NCBI GenBank assembly: GCA_907165135.1
Contig: OU015566.1
Location: forward strand, 5,890,001 to 5,954,000
Reading direction: 5' to 3'
DNA: 64,000 nucleotides
Source of the DNA: Oikopleura dioica
Taxonomy: Eukaryota; Animalia; Chordata
Position 1 is the stretch's first letter. Each line of letters starts with the position of its first letter. The position numbers and the translations under genes were made by a program. The notes under the pieces are model-generated. The model searched no databases and was not told the origin of the DNA. It worked only from the letters and a program-made list of their open reading frames with translations. Shown here one piece after another: positions 48,116-60,271 of this stretch.

Positions 48116-49075
48116 ACTGAAAAAATATTTCAATTTTTCGGCCGATCAGAAAAGTCGGATTTTCGAAATTTTTTAAATTTGCACCAATCCTCGTAATCCG
48201 AGCTTACGAGTGATGCCTAAATCACTTGGTTTCAGTAAGTATAACGTGAGTAATGACTGTCCGAAGACGAAAAATTCATAATTTTCTGGCATATCACCGC
48301 TCGCTGCGGAGCAAGTATCAGCAGAAATCAAGCAGTTCAAGGGTCTCCAGAAGTCTCCCAGCTCGCTTTGGGACCAAGTGAAACCAGGCGATCGAAAGCG
48401 TGTTACTTATCGTAAATTAGGTCCAGTGTCTGGCGAAAGCAATGAGCACATCTGTTGTCACCAGTTGATATGTCCGAAGTGCCTTCTTAGTTCACGAGGT
48501 CTTGCTCTACTCTCTAGTCTAACTGCAGCCTCTAGATAACACGGAAAAGGAGAGTTTAGGTCTTGAATTTCAGTTAGGTAAACACTGACTTTACACTTGA
48601 TTGTGTATGAATTACACAGACTGAACGCAGTGGATAAACGGCGGGCGCCTCAAGATCTCTATCAGATCTATCAGCTTCTTGCTGACCTAACATTGTTATA
48701 AACTTGTGTTTATAAACTTTTGACCAGTTTAATAAGTGTTTATAAAATTTTGACCAATAAAAGTTCCCCGAACGACCGTCCAGACAAATGTTACTATTAC
48801 GCGCCCGATTATAACCTTAACAGATTCGAGGAAGCTCAAGGTGAGAATCAGCCCTTAAATTTTCCTTGTTCCTTGACATTTAAGGCTACATCGCGAGCAA
48901 CCACGTCAACGCTCGAACATCTTCAATCAGCTTTGGCGGCACATTTATTTTGATGAGCTTGAGACTCGGCAGAAACTGGATCACCATTTCGAAAACAGTC
49001 GCTCTTAACTCAATCCGAGCAACGGAGCAGTTGGAGAAGGGCTGGAGAAAAGACGAGATCACGGTTCCAGCTATG

Positions 49076-50638
49076 ACCAGCTTTTTTTTAGGTCAGCATT
49101 TTTATACCTTTTTTTTGGCTTGAGGTATCTTCAAAATTTAAACTGGAGGATGATCCTTGGCCAAAAAGAAAATTTTCCAACGGTCGAATTTTTTGAAACG
49201 GCCGGTTAAACTCGCGGTAAATCGCGGTTAAGCCCTTTAAGACCCTAATAATACCCCTAATATGGGTATCAATCGGCTTCCTATGAAATAACAAGTCGAA
49301 TGAAATATGAACCGCGGTCAACCGCACTGAACCGGGCGGTTAAAATCGCGGTTCAGCCCCTTTTGACCCTCATAGACCCCTAATATGGGTATCAATCGAC
49401 TTCTTATTAAATTTCTAGTCGAATCCTATATGAACCGCGGTCAACCGCGATGAACCGGTCGGTCAAAATCGCGGCTAAGCCCCGTCCCTGGCTTTTTATT
49501 AAAAATGGGCTTGACGGCCCGAAGGGCCGTCTCAGCCCCGTCCCTGGCTTTTTATTAAAAATGGGCTTGACGGCCCGAAGGGCCGTCTCAGCCCCGTCCC
49601 TGGCTTTTTATTAAAAATGGGCTTGACGGCCCGAAGGGCCGTCTCAGCCCCGTCCCTGGCTTTTTATTAAAAATGGGCTTGACGGCCCGAAGGGCCGTCT
49701 CAGCCCCGTCCCTGGCTTTTTATTAAAAATGGGCTTGACGGCCCGAAGGGCCGTCTCAGCCCCGTCCCTGGCTTTTTATTAAAAATGGGCTTGACGGCCC
49801 GAAGGGCCGTCTCAGCCCCGTCCCTGGCTTTCTATTAAAAATGGGCTTGACGGCCCGAAGGGCCGTCTCAGCCCCGTCCCTGGCTTTTTATTAAAAATGG
49901 GCTTGATAAAGGCCGGGATGAGAAAACTAAGGTGATCAGTCTTAGTTCTGTCCCCAACCCCACCCTCACCCTTATTTATTTTTTACCACATTCCCCCTTC
50001 TTGTTTAGCTTTTATGGTGTTCGTTTTTCAGAAATTTTTTATTCATTTTTTTGTAGAAGGTGGTTTAAGTTAAGGTTGTGAGTTGCTGAAGGGGAGTTTG
50101 AGCGAGAAAACGGCTTAACCACGATTTAGCGCGAATGTACCGGCCGGTTCATCGCGGTTTATGTTTATTATGATAAGAAATTGAATAAGAAGTCGATTGA
50201 TACCCGTATTAGGGGTCTCTGAAGGTCAAAAAGGGCTAAACCGCGATTTTAACCGCCCGGTCTAGTGCGGTTGACCGCAGTTCATATTTCATTCGACTCG
50301 AAATTTCATATGAAGTCGATTGATACCCATATTAGGGGTATTCTAGGGTCATAAGGGGCTAAACCGCGATTTTAACCGCCCGGTTCAGTGCGGTTGACCG
50401 CGGTTCATATTTCATTCGACTCGTTATTTCATAGGAAGTCGATTGATACCCATATTAGGGGTATTTCAGGGTCTAAAGGGGCTGAACCGCGATTTACCGC
50501 GAGTTTAACCGACCGGTTCAAAAAATTCGACCGGTGGAAAATTTTCTTTTTAGCCAAGGATCATCCTCCAGTTTAAATTTTGAAGATACCTCAAGCCAAA
50601 AAAAAGTTATAAAAATGCTGACCTAAAAAAAAGCTGGT
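49076..50638. mobile_element. Foldback-like non-autonomous element with long modular TIRs
   Basis: Several hundred bp of inverted homology built from ~127-bp subrepeats; termini accagc/gctggt with TSD ctatg (or gaccagc/gctggtc with TSD tat); empty site ccagctatgtttcgcg in copies 1 and 2. Confidence 0.88.
49478..49906. repeat. Tandem array of 7 full plus 1 partial 56-bp units with a gacggccc-gaa-gggccgtc hairpin
   Basis: Unit cccgtccctggctttttattaaaaatgggcttgacggcccgaagggccgtctcagc, almost invariant. Confidence 0.97.
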
Positions 50639-50754
50639 CTATGTTTCGCGACTTTGATCCAGTGCACGTGATTCCTCTGGAATGGATTCAAAAGATATTT
50701 TGTACTTGCCCTTTCTGCTTTTTCTGTGAATCCTAAAAGATCGACCTTGGTCAG

Positions 50755-53030
50755 TTGATGCTCATTCTCGTCACTCGAAGCATTGCTCTCTCAAACACGC
50801 AATACTCACTTTTACTCGAAAAAGAGGGGAAATTCCTAACGCTCGGCAATGAATGGATAGGCTCCTTGGTCAAGTACGAGCGAGAATCGCGTTGTTTCTC
50901 TGGTTTGTACGCTCCGAAAGATTACGCTTATTCAAATGCTTTCGGAACCAACAACGACGAGTGTGAGTATTTCATCAATGGCTTCATAAACAACGATCGT
51001 ATTTATCTCCAGAATATTGTTTTCGACACTTCTTTTGAAATTTATTTCGACTTCGGAGAGGATCTTCACTTTTGTTTAACTTGACTACATTTAAGTTGAT
51101 CCTCCTAAAAGATCGCATCGAGCTCGATTTCCGACAACAAAGTGCTGAAAACAAAATGCTAGTGACAAGTAACCCGTATTTTGAATTCCACAAAGATGTC
51201 TTTCCGAGCTTCGCGAAAAACGCTGTCAAAAATCAAACCGCTTTTCCGCAATCAGGCGAGGCTCTTGAGCAAACGAGCATAATCTTTTAGTAGCAAGTCG
51301 TTACTAACAGCGCTAAACGGAGCCCAAAAAGCAAGCAGTTTGTCTACACCCTATCCACGGGCGATTCTTCCTGATTTCCCTTTTTCGTCTTTCAATGAGT
51401 CACTATTCCATATTTCTTCATTCGAGCTGGACTTTAACGAAACGCGTAAACTCACTTTAGACCTAAAGGAAAGAGTCTCAATTTTAATGCTAAATAATTT
51501 ATAAACTAATAAACTAATCGAAAAATATTCTTGACTCTCAGAAGACCAAATCGTTTCTCACAAAAGCTGCGAAAATTCTGGAATTTCGATCTTATAATGA
51601 AAAATCTATCATCGCAATTAGAACTTACGAAAACAGCTCGATTGCGGTCTTATCAGACTTTTTCGAGGAATCGATCATTTTGGACGATCAGTTAAGCACG
51701 AATTGGACATCTCTTGAATTCGTTTTCAAAGTCGAAAACGACTCATTATATTCCCTTGTTGTGACTAAAAGGGGCGAGGAAATAGAAACAAGGCAAATGA
51801 ACGAGTTTCAAACTTTAGGAGAAAAGAGAATCAGAGTTTTCAAATTCGACGACGAAACCGAAATCAAGAATGTTTTTTTCTATCAAAATCGACAGAGTCA
51901 GATTCTTGTTATCTTATCTGAACCAGCTGAATTACCACACCATTATGCTCTGTTTGGAGACGGCTTTAAAAACGAAAATACAAGCATGATTGTTCCTCAG
52001 ATTCTTCAGAATAAAATCTTTGAATCTAAAGCTGCTCTTGTGAAAGGCCAGTTGCATTTTTTCGGCGGCCGTCAGAGAAAAAAACTAGTAGACTGCTCTT
52101 TGAAACTCCTTATTGACTATTTTTCAGATTATTATTCTTGTCGAATGCGAATTGAGGCTTCTCCCGATTCGGCTTCAGTATAGTTTTTATGGTGGAAGCA
52201 GGACGCTCACAATTTCAAACGGAACTGAAGGTTCGTCGCAAAAATAAATTATTATTTTTTACACTTTTCAGCTCTTATTTGTTTTGATGATCCGAACGAC
52301 AAAAAGTGCGAGATTTTTAACGGCACCGCTGTTGAAGAACTTGCATTCGAACCAAGAGAAGGGCACTGGTCAGGTGGACTTGCTCATTTTAAAGGACGGC
52401 CAACAGCAGTCGGCGGTGAAAATTATCCAAAATCGAACAAAGGATACACGGAAACCCTGACTGAAAATGGCTGGGAAAAACTACCTCGTCATCCAATGTT
52501 ATTTTATTTTGCAAATTTTTTATTCAGCATGATTTAAGAAAGATACGGAGTGTTACTGTTGCTCGATTGCCGTCGGGATCAATTGCTACGTTGGGAGGTT
52601 TGGATTTGGCGAATGGAAAAGTTCTCAAGGAGATATTCGTTTTGAATCAATTTAGATGGACAATAATGGGAAGTTTGCTTCAAGTAAGTTCATTTCGGGG
52701 TATTTTGAAAATTTGATAATATTAATTTTTATTATATAATATAATCTATATTTTTCAGCCTTCTTACTATGGATCAGCAATTCAAGTCGGCACCGCTTTA
52801 TATTTATTCCCCGGAGGAAGCGACAAATCAACTCGAATGATCCAACGCGTGAATCTAGGAAAGGTTGACCAAGTTTTCGATAGTTTGAAACAAAAGTGAT
52901 CAACTGATGTTAAAGACGGAGACAATATTGTTGCAGTCGAGTTTGTTGGAGAACATGATAAATATTATTACAACCCGATTCTGTTCATATCGCCGTTGAA
53001 TTTCTGCACCGCCAAATATGATCAACGTCC
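50755..53030 (+). pseudogene. Kelch-like propeller gene, copy 3
   Basis: Same exon series as copies 1 and 2 (ORFs 50755-51084, 51072-51290, 51680-52183). Several apparent stops could be intronic, so coding status is uncertain. Confidence 0.55.
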
Positions 53031-53803
53031 TAGTCAATAAAATTTTGTACAAAATGATTTTTCGAACTGTTTCTTTAAAAAGAAATTTTCCAAAAAATCA
53101 CTGATTAATATTAAATTTGTAAATAAAATCAACAAATCACTTGGTCAAAACTCAAAAACTACAAATTATTTTAAATGTTATTAATTAAAGAGTGTGAAAA
53201 ATCTTTCACTTTACAGTTTTCCGCAGCTGAGCAAATAATCGTCGACTCTGGCTTTGAACCGACTCAGAAAAGACGAAGAACTAGAAAAAGTCCGGAAAAA
53301 GGAGCAGAACTCTGCGCAGAACCATCAATTATCGACTGCCCGATGAGCCGTCTCCTTTTACGGATTTTTTCATATGATTTAAGCTGACCATGAATTGCTA
53401 TTGAAATTGCTATCTGTTAGTAGAGCCGAAACCGAATCGAAAATTTTTTCATTTTGCTTATAATTGTAGCAACAAAAAAATCAAAATGAACTTTTCTGAA
53501 ACTTTGCGAAATCAGCAGCATTTTCAAAGAGGCAATAAATAAAGATGAAGTCAAAGTTAGCGCTTTTTGAATAAGTCAGCGACGAATCGCCGACGATCCT
53601 GCCTCTTTTCCATTATTTTCTGAGAACGGTAGGCAAGAGGTAAGGTTGCTTTCTAGGTCAGTTTATTGCGAGAACTTCCTAAAATTGAGCGGCGACAATA
53701 AGCCGGAAAAAGCGGTTATTTCGTTCAACCACGATTTCAGCTAACTCAATTCGCAGCTAATCGGCCCGCAAAGAAAATAAAGTAGATTCTACTTGTACTA
53801 CAC

Positions 53804-54388
53804 GAGCATCCTCAAACAACTGAAAAAGACTCTGGCTCCATTTGTAATGGCGCTTTTGCCGATACAAGTTGGGCTCTCTTCCGTCGTTTTCCTTATTTTC
53901 CGCTACTCGTCGTTCATTTTCCGGTCTTTGTGGAAAACCTTCTTTGTCATCATTTGACAGGGCTATCTCAAGCCTTCAGGTAACTCTTTTTTTCGACAAC
54001 AAACATAATTTTTGAAGATATGTGAGCTGAAGTGGACGAACTTCCCGATCCGAACTTTGCTTTGAATCTTTCGATGATGTACTTGACAATGAATGTAATT
54101 GTGGCGATTATTTGCGACACGAATCAAAGCGTGAAAGAAGACGAGCTAGAGTTGGACTGGCTCAGTCTTGTTACCGAAAAAATCAAGAAGTTACGACGAA
54201 AAGCTGCGTCCAAGAAGATAAACAATCAGAAATCGATTGATCGGAGAGAAACGTATAAAGTGCCTCACTAGTTTTGCAAATATAACAACCAAAAAATATC
54301 GAGTTTTAAAGCGGTTAATAAAGCGTTTATTGTTGGCCCTTTGCTTTTCTAATGATTACGATGATGTTTGAGATGAACGATCTTTGAA
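53804..54388 (+). pseudogene. Duplicated, degenerate 3' tail of the polycystin-1-like gene
   Basis: Homologous to 19017-19629; premature TGA (atcatttgacag vs atcatttggcag) and a deletion after DPN. Confidence 0.9.
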
Positions 54389-54555
54389 ACCTGTAATAAA
54401 CGCTTTCTTTATCGCTATAAAATTCGAGCTTTTCGGTCGTTTTCTGGCAGGATTAATTGGTTTACGCGAATTTAAATATCAGACCGGTTTGCAGTTCAAT
54501 AAAATTGGCAAAAGCTAAAGCTCTATTTTTTCGCCGTTCAATGTATATCTCGAGT

Positions 54556-55933
54556 ATGAGATTTCTAAGAATTCTGCTTTTTTTCGAAGGAGTTTCCCTG
54601 GTCAAGTGTAGTGTGAAAAATCGGAAGGGAGAGATTACTGAAATCAAGGAAGAAAACTGCCCGGATTCTGAGTTGCAGGAAGAATGCGATTCCATCTGCA
54701 GAGTGGAATACAACCAGTGCCGGTTACTCTGTGAAACGGAGCTGTGCCAATCTCTATGTTCAGAGGAATATCAAGGTCAGTTTTCCGTGAAAAGCCTTAT
54801 TTTCAAAATTGATGAATTCTTCTTCTTTAAGGCTGCCGTGACGATTGCCCATGTGGAGCGAACTGCGCGCAGGGTTGTGTAAATTGCAATAATCCGATTT
54901 GCCCAGTTAATGATAAAGTAAGTCATTCTTTTTTCCTCTCAATTAACTTTGACACAGCATATTCTGGTGATTGGGAAGAGAGTAAGCGACGCTTTCATAG
55001 TTTCTTTCGACGGATCAGCTCTAAAACCAGCAAACATTTCAGCGCCTTCAAATTATTACACAAACTCGGCTCCTCACGCACTTTTGAAGAATGAGCTCTT
55101 CATTTTCGGCGGAACGCGAGATAGACGCAAGGTTTTCGAGTCAACTTAAAAGTAATACTGATGATTCTTTAGATTGCCAAGCTCGTGGGCTGCGAGTGGA
55201 GAGAAGAGCCCTTACGACTGATCAACCCTTACGATTCCTGGTCCGCCGCGCTTTCGATCGAGCACGAAAGCAAGGCATTAATTTGCTTTCCAGCCGATGA
55301 AGAAACCAAAAAATGCGAAGTTTTCGACCCTGCTACATCTACTAGTAGCTCGACTCATTCATCGATCTTTCCTCATTACGGTGGCATGCTCGGTCTCTAT
55401 CAAGGGCAAGCAACAACAGTCGGAAACGACGGATTCGAAGATGATACTAACAAGGTAGAAACTATGAGCTCTTCTGGCTGGTCTTCTCTTCCTGACTTTC
55501 CTACGTATGTAATCAATCTGAAAAGGGAGCCTTTACTAGAATTTAGTCCGAAAGCGTATCATGTCCTGATGGGTCTACCAAGTGGAAGTCTCTTGCTCGC
55601 GGGAGGTCGAATTTATGACGGTACCGCTTTAATACCGCAAACAAAAATTTGGCTCCTTCAAAACGACATCTGGAAAATCATCGGAGATCTTCAAAATGTA
55701 GGGTTCAATTTTCATTTTTCGAAATAAAAAATCGATTTATAAAGGCCGATTGGTGGGGATCGGGAATAATGATCAACAATTCCATTTTCGTTGTCTCCGG
55801 TTTGAGTTGGCCACACGCTATAGAACGGCTTGATCTGCAAGGAGATGAATTGATTAACCAAGAAGTCATCGAATACGCTGAGCAAGGTTACAGACCTGTT
55901 CTTTACGAAGTTGATGCTGCTTTTTGCGTCTGA
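54556..55933 (+). CDS. Secreted Cys-rich plus kelch-like beta-propeller protein (multi-exon)
   Basis: Signal peptide MRFLRILLFFEGVSLVKC; ECDSIC...CRLLC...CQSLC|CRDDCPCGANCAQGCVNC; ELFIFGG; KCEVFD...HYGGMLGLYQGQATTVG...KVETMSSSGWSSLPDFP; stop at 55933. Confidence 0.8.
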
Positions 55934-57020
55934 TAAAACAGTGAAAGATTTGTCTAAACCATCTTTAGTGGTTTCTTTAGCTGGTTGATTCAAAAAATAA
56001 ACTGTGATTTTGCTTAAGGATCGGTATACAAATCCTTGGCCTTTTCAAATTTAAGAAGAAAAAAGTATACTCATCGATAATTTCGCATATTTTCATAAAA
56101 GATTGACCCTGGAAAAATTCGCAAAATTTTCAATTCTCTAAGTCAAAAATCAGATAAATAATGGTTCTTAGCAGACTTGAGAAGAATCTGATACAGCAAA
56201 AAGTAGTTCTGATCAAATTTTTAAATTAGTTATTCTTTCCTCAATTTTAGAAACTGTTCCCAAGAAAATATCGAACACCATCCTTCGTTGAGGTCTCTTC
56301 GTTTGCCGAGTCACTTTTCATAGCCCTCGCTAAAATACGAACTCAGAGAAAAGTATTCTCTTAATAGGATGCTAGACTTCTATTAATACGAAATTGATAA
56401 TATTGATTGTTGGTTTATTTGTAAGAGCTTTCGGCTTTTGCCATCGTCAGTAACTAGTCAAGTTTAAATACAGTTTGATCTTAAAATAGGATCTTAAAAC
56501 GATTTCAACTTCTTTCAATTAATAATATTACTATGAACGTTGCTCGAAGCCGGTTCATGATTCGCAGAAAGGAATTCTTACTATCGTATATATAGTTATC
56601 AGCATTTTTAAAGGTGGAACAGCGATGCTGACCTTAAAAAGGAACTTGAGCGGCGGCAAAACTGTCGAAGTGTCAGACGAAGAGTCGTAACACCGACTCT
56701 CATAATTGAGTTTCTTACCATTTTTCCTCATAGAAGATTTTCTCTCCTGAAAATCGATCGCCATGATAATCGAGGATGAGAACGAGATAGTGAAGAATCC
56801 CCTATACCAAGCAAGAATCCGGGTAAGAAAAAAATTCATTTACAGCGAGAGCTCAATAAGGACTAAAGTATCTCATAATAATAACTTGCTTACATAGGGG
56901 CAAAGTTCCATCCTAGATTTACATTTTGTCAAAAGGAAATCTGGATTTGAAAAGGTTTCTTGTATAATAACTTGGCTCGAAGTTTTGATCTTGACCTAAA
57001 ATGGTCAAAATGGGCCTTAA

Positions 57021-57667
57021 CCCTAGCCGGCCAAAAATGATTTTCTTCGGGTACCGGTCAAGAGGCGCCAAATATGGCGCCGCATCGTTTTTTAATAGGA
57101 AAAATCAATATTTTTTCTTCCAAACATTAAATTAATATATTAAAAATCATTTTTATCAATATAAGCATGGATTAATTGTATAAATTCTAAGAAAATAATG
57201 AATCCGAAAAAAAAATTCTCGCTAATGATCATTGACGAGAAAAAAGTCAAAAATTGATTTCGGATGAAATTCGCTAAATAATGTTTTTATCTGCTTGTTT
57301 TCCAGACGACGATCTTATTTGGGCATAAGAATGGAAAAATACTAGTTTTATAATATTTGTTTCGAGAAAAACTAATCGGCCCGCTGCCGGGAAAAAGCTC
57401 GGGTACCAGTCAAAGGACGCCATATATGGAGTACTTCCTGTTATTACCCGGCGCCATATATGGCGCCTTGAGTTTTCGAGAGAAAATGGCTTTGCCAACA
57501 TTTTGGTCAATCTGAAATGGGTTTAAACCCCTACCATTCGAAAGGCGATCGTAAAAAGGTCCTCAAAGTTGATTAAAAAAAATTTTTTTTCTTCAACTTT
57601 TGGAGTTAAATGCGATTGAATGACCCTAAGGGTTGATCCAGAATTGGAGTACCTTGACCGGCTAAAG
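57021..57667. mobile_element. piggyBac-type MITE (degenerate TIR)
   Basis: TTAA|ccctagccgg ... ccggctaaag|TTAA; internal ggcgccatatatg inverted motifs. Confidence 0.6.
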
Positions 57668-58351
57668 TTAAAGAGGCTGCAATTCCGAAGAAATGAGCCT
57701 GTAAACGTACCTTTTTTATTTTTTTTTATACAAATTCAGACTCTTATCTTAATTTTGTCAAAAGATTTTTGAAATTGAAAAACAATAAGTATGAAATTTT
57801 ATTTTTTGAAAAAAACTATCTTTGGCATTTTACCCAAAATTGGCATTTTTTTTAAACCGAGCGACACATTTTCGCTTCTAGTAATGCTTAGAGACTGATT
57901 CAAGGAAAACCGAGGCTATCATGATGGTCCTCATCGTCTAAGCTTTCTAAAAAGCCCCAGATGGAAAAAATCTGAGCCAAAAATTTTTTCCGGCAATTTT
58001 TCACGTGACAATATCTCGTAAAAAAATAGTGATAGCAGGTGACAATTAATTATAACTTGAGCTAAAATTTTGTGAAGAATTCGATTAATTACTCTGTTTT
58101 TAGCCGACACCCGTACCCTTAACATCGAAGCTTAATACTTCGTTTATATTTAAATTATGTTAATAGGTTTACCTTTCATTTGATTTTATGACTATATAAA
58201 TAAGTCAGAATAAATAAGTTGACATGAAAACTTAAAAATCCGCTTTTGAAAGGCAAAATATTCGGATCCGGCGAGAACCGGCGACACTAGGCGGCGCAGG
58301 GCGGCGGAGGGTGGCACAACTCAGCATTTTCGTCATAAAAGTTATTTTCAG

Positions 58352-60070
58352 TGTCTCGACTGTGATTGTATTGGGGTTCTGAGAAAAAAGGGAAGGGAAG
58401 TATTGTTGTTGCCTCAAGAGGTTTTGTCAACTCGAAGCATCCACACCCAAGAGCATGATATCAGAAAATCTGAAGAAAAAAAAACATGGAAGAAAAAAAT
58501 GACGGCGAAAATGAGTTTGGCAAAGCATGGAAGCGCAACGGATCCCCAGCAATACACATATCTTTTTCTTGGCTCTCTGTTTTGGATCACTGTCATGCTA
58601 ATAGGTATTTTTGTTGCTTTGTTATCAAAAAATTAGAAATCTAGCGAATATACATTCTTTGGAAAGATCCCGGGGCGTGAAGACTTTTTTGACTTCTACC
58701 TGCCATCGAAATTACAAAAAGTGTGTTCAAATAGCAGAAATGGATTACTGTGGGCATTTGATGAAGCAATGTTACGAAACAAAAAAGTTCATCCTTCCTG
58801 AACCAGTTTTGAAAATCGAACATATTAAAACTGACACTTATATTTTTTCCGAAGAAGAAAACGAGATTAATCTCAAACGCTGCCAGAAGAGACAGTTCTA
58901 CGATCAAAAAATCTGTCAGTATTTCTGCTCAAACACGTTGGTTTTGGAATCAAATCCTTATCGTTCTACCACCACTTCTCCTTGCCTTTCTATCTGTTTT
59001 GAACTAACGAGGGTTTCTGAATTTGCAGGAGACGTTTGTCCAACTCAGAAATATTGTAAAAATGGATGCCCTTGCCCTTTTTATAAGTGCGAAAAAACGG
59101 AGTCACGCAAGAAATTGACTCCTGTTTTTGACCTTTTAGAAATAGAACTCACAGAAGATTCAATGAAGGCAACCACAACAGAACGTCCAACAACATCTCA
59201 GTCTACAACAACTTCTCAGTCCACAACAACTACATATTGGGTTGATAATATCTGGTGGAAACATCGCATGCCAAAAACTAAAGAAAGCTTGGATGAAATA
59301 AATAATTTTACCCCTACATCACAGGAATTAACGTCAACTTCACAAACGGTTCTTTATGAAGAAACCATTAAATGGGAATATAATGGAGATGTTAGAGAAT
59401 TGACAGATGACCGTGAGAATGATCAGAAATTTCCAATTGTTTTGTCGGACTTTAGTGGCAAGACTACAAATTTTAAGATAAAACCTTCGTTCTCTTATGA
59501 AAGTTTTTACAATTATTTTTTTAGCTTATGTTTTTATTTTTTTTATGACGCCGCCATTTTTGTCTATATTTAATATATATTTCAAATAATATTTATTTTT
59601 TCGCTTAAAAGAGACCTATTTTTGGGTCTGTTTTTCGCAAAATAGAACAAAACGCAATCTTTTTACTTCGCCGTTTATGAAATTATGTAACTCATCATTC
59701 AAATAAATGAATATTTTTACTTTACAGGTTAACCGCGTACTTCGGTTTTATGATCATGACAATACAATAAAAAGCAACGAAAGATAAAGATGGCTAAATA
59801 TGAAAAGAAGACCTGTCAATTGATTGTTTTGTGGCGAATTTACTGAATCGTGCGCTTCAAAGTTTTGGTAATTCTTAAAATTCCCCAGGTTGCGCGTGTT
59901 ATTTTAAAAAAATTTCGGTTACTTAATCATAAATGAAAAAAAACACAAAAGTCCATTGGTGCTACTTATCTCAACGGAGAACATTATTTGGTCGATGCAG
60001 TTGGGAACTTGATGAAATTAAACTACAATGGTCGTTCTCATAGATTTATTGCTAACAGACGTAAAGAATT
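58352..60070 (+). CDS. Diverged fourth paralog of the type-II membrane Cys-rich gene (3' truncated or continuing past the TE cluster)
   Basis: CLDCDCIGVLRKK...LFLGSLFWITVMLI; LERSRGVKTFLTSTCHRNYKKC...; GATYLNGEHYLVDAVGNLMK exon. Confidence 0.7.
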
Positions 60071-60271
60071 GTAAGGTGTCATCATAAAGGACTTAAAGTA
60101 GGGCTGGTTAATTTGGGCCCGATTGTCTGTCAAAGAAAAATAATTCGGGCTCGAGTGATTTTTTGGTTACGTTCAAGTAGATCAACCTGGCTGCAGTAAG
60201 GAACTTGACTACTGTAAGGGTGAAACTGATCGCAAAATCTATTGTCACTTAAACAATATTGAAGAAATAGA

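Larger units (their letters stand above)
43587..53575 (+). repeat. Cassette copy 3
   Basis: Colinear with copy 1; shares derived indels with copy 1. Confidence 0.93.

Noticed and set aside
49478-49906. CRISPR array or rho-independent terminators
   Set aside because: Invariant 56-bp tandem units inside a transposon; no spacer diversity; bacterial terminators are irrelevant here.
56555-56839. Protein-coding gene
   Set aside because: Short ORF with no recognisable motif or supporting splice structure.
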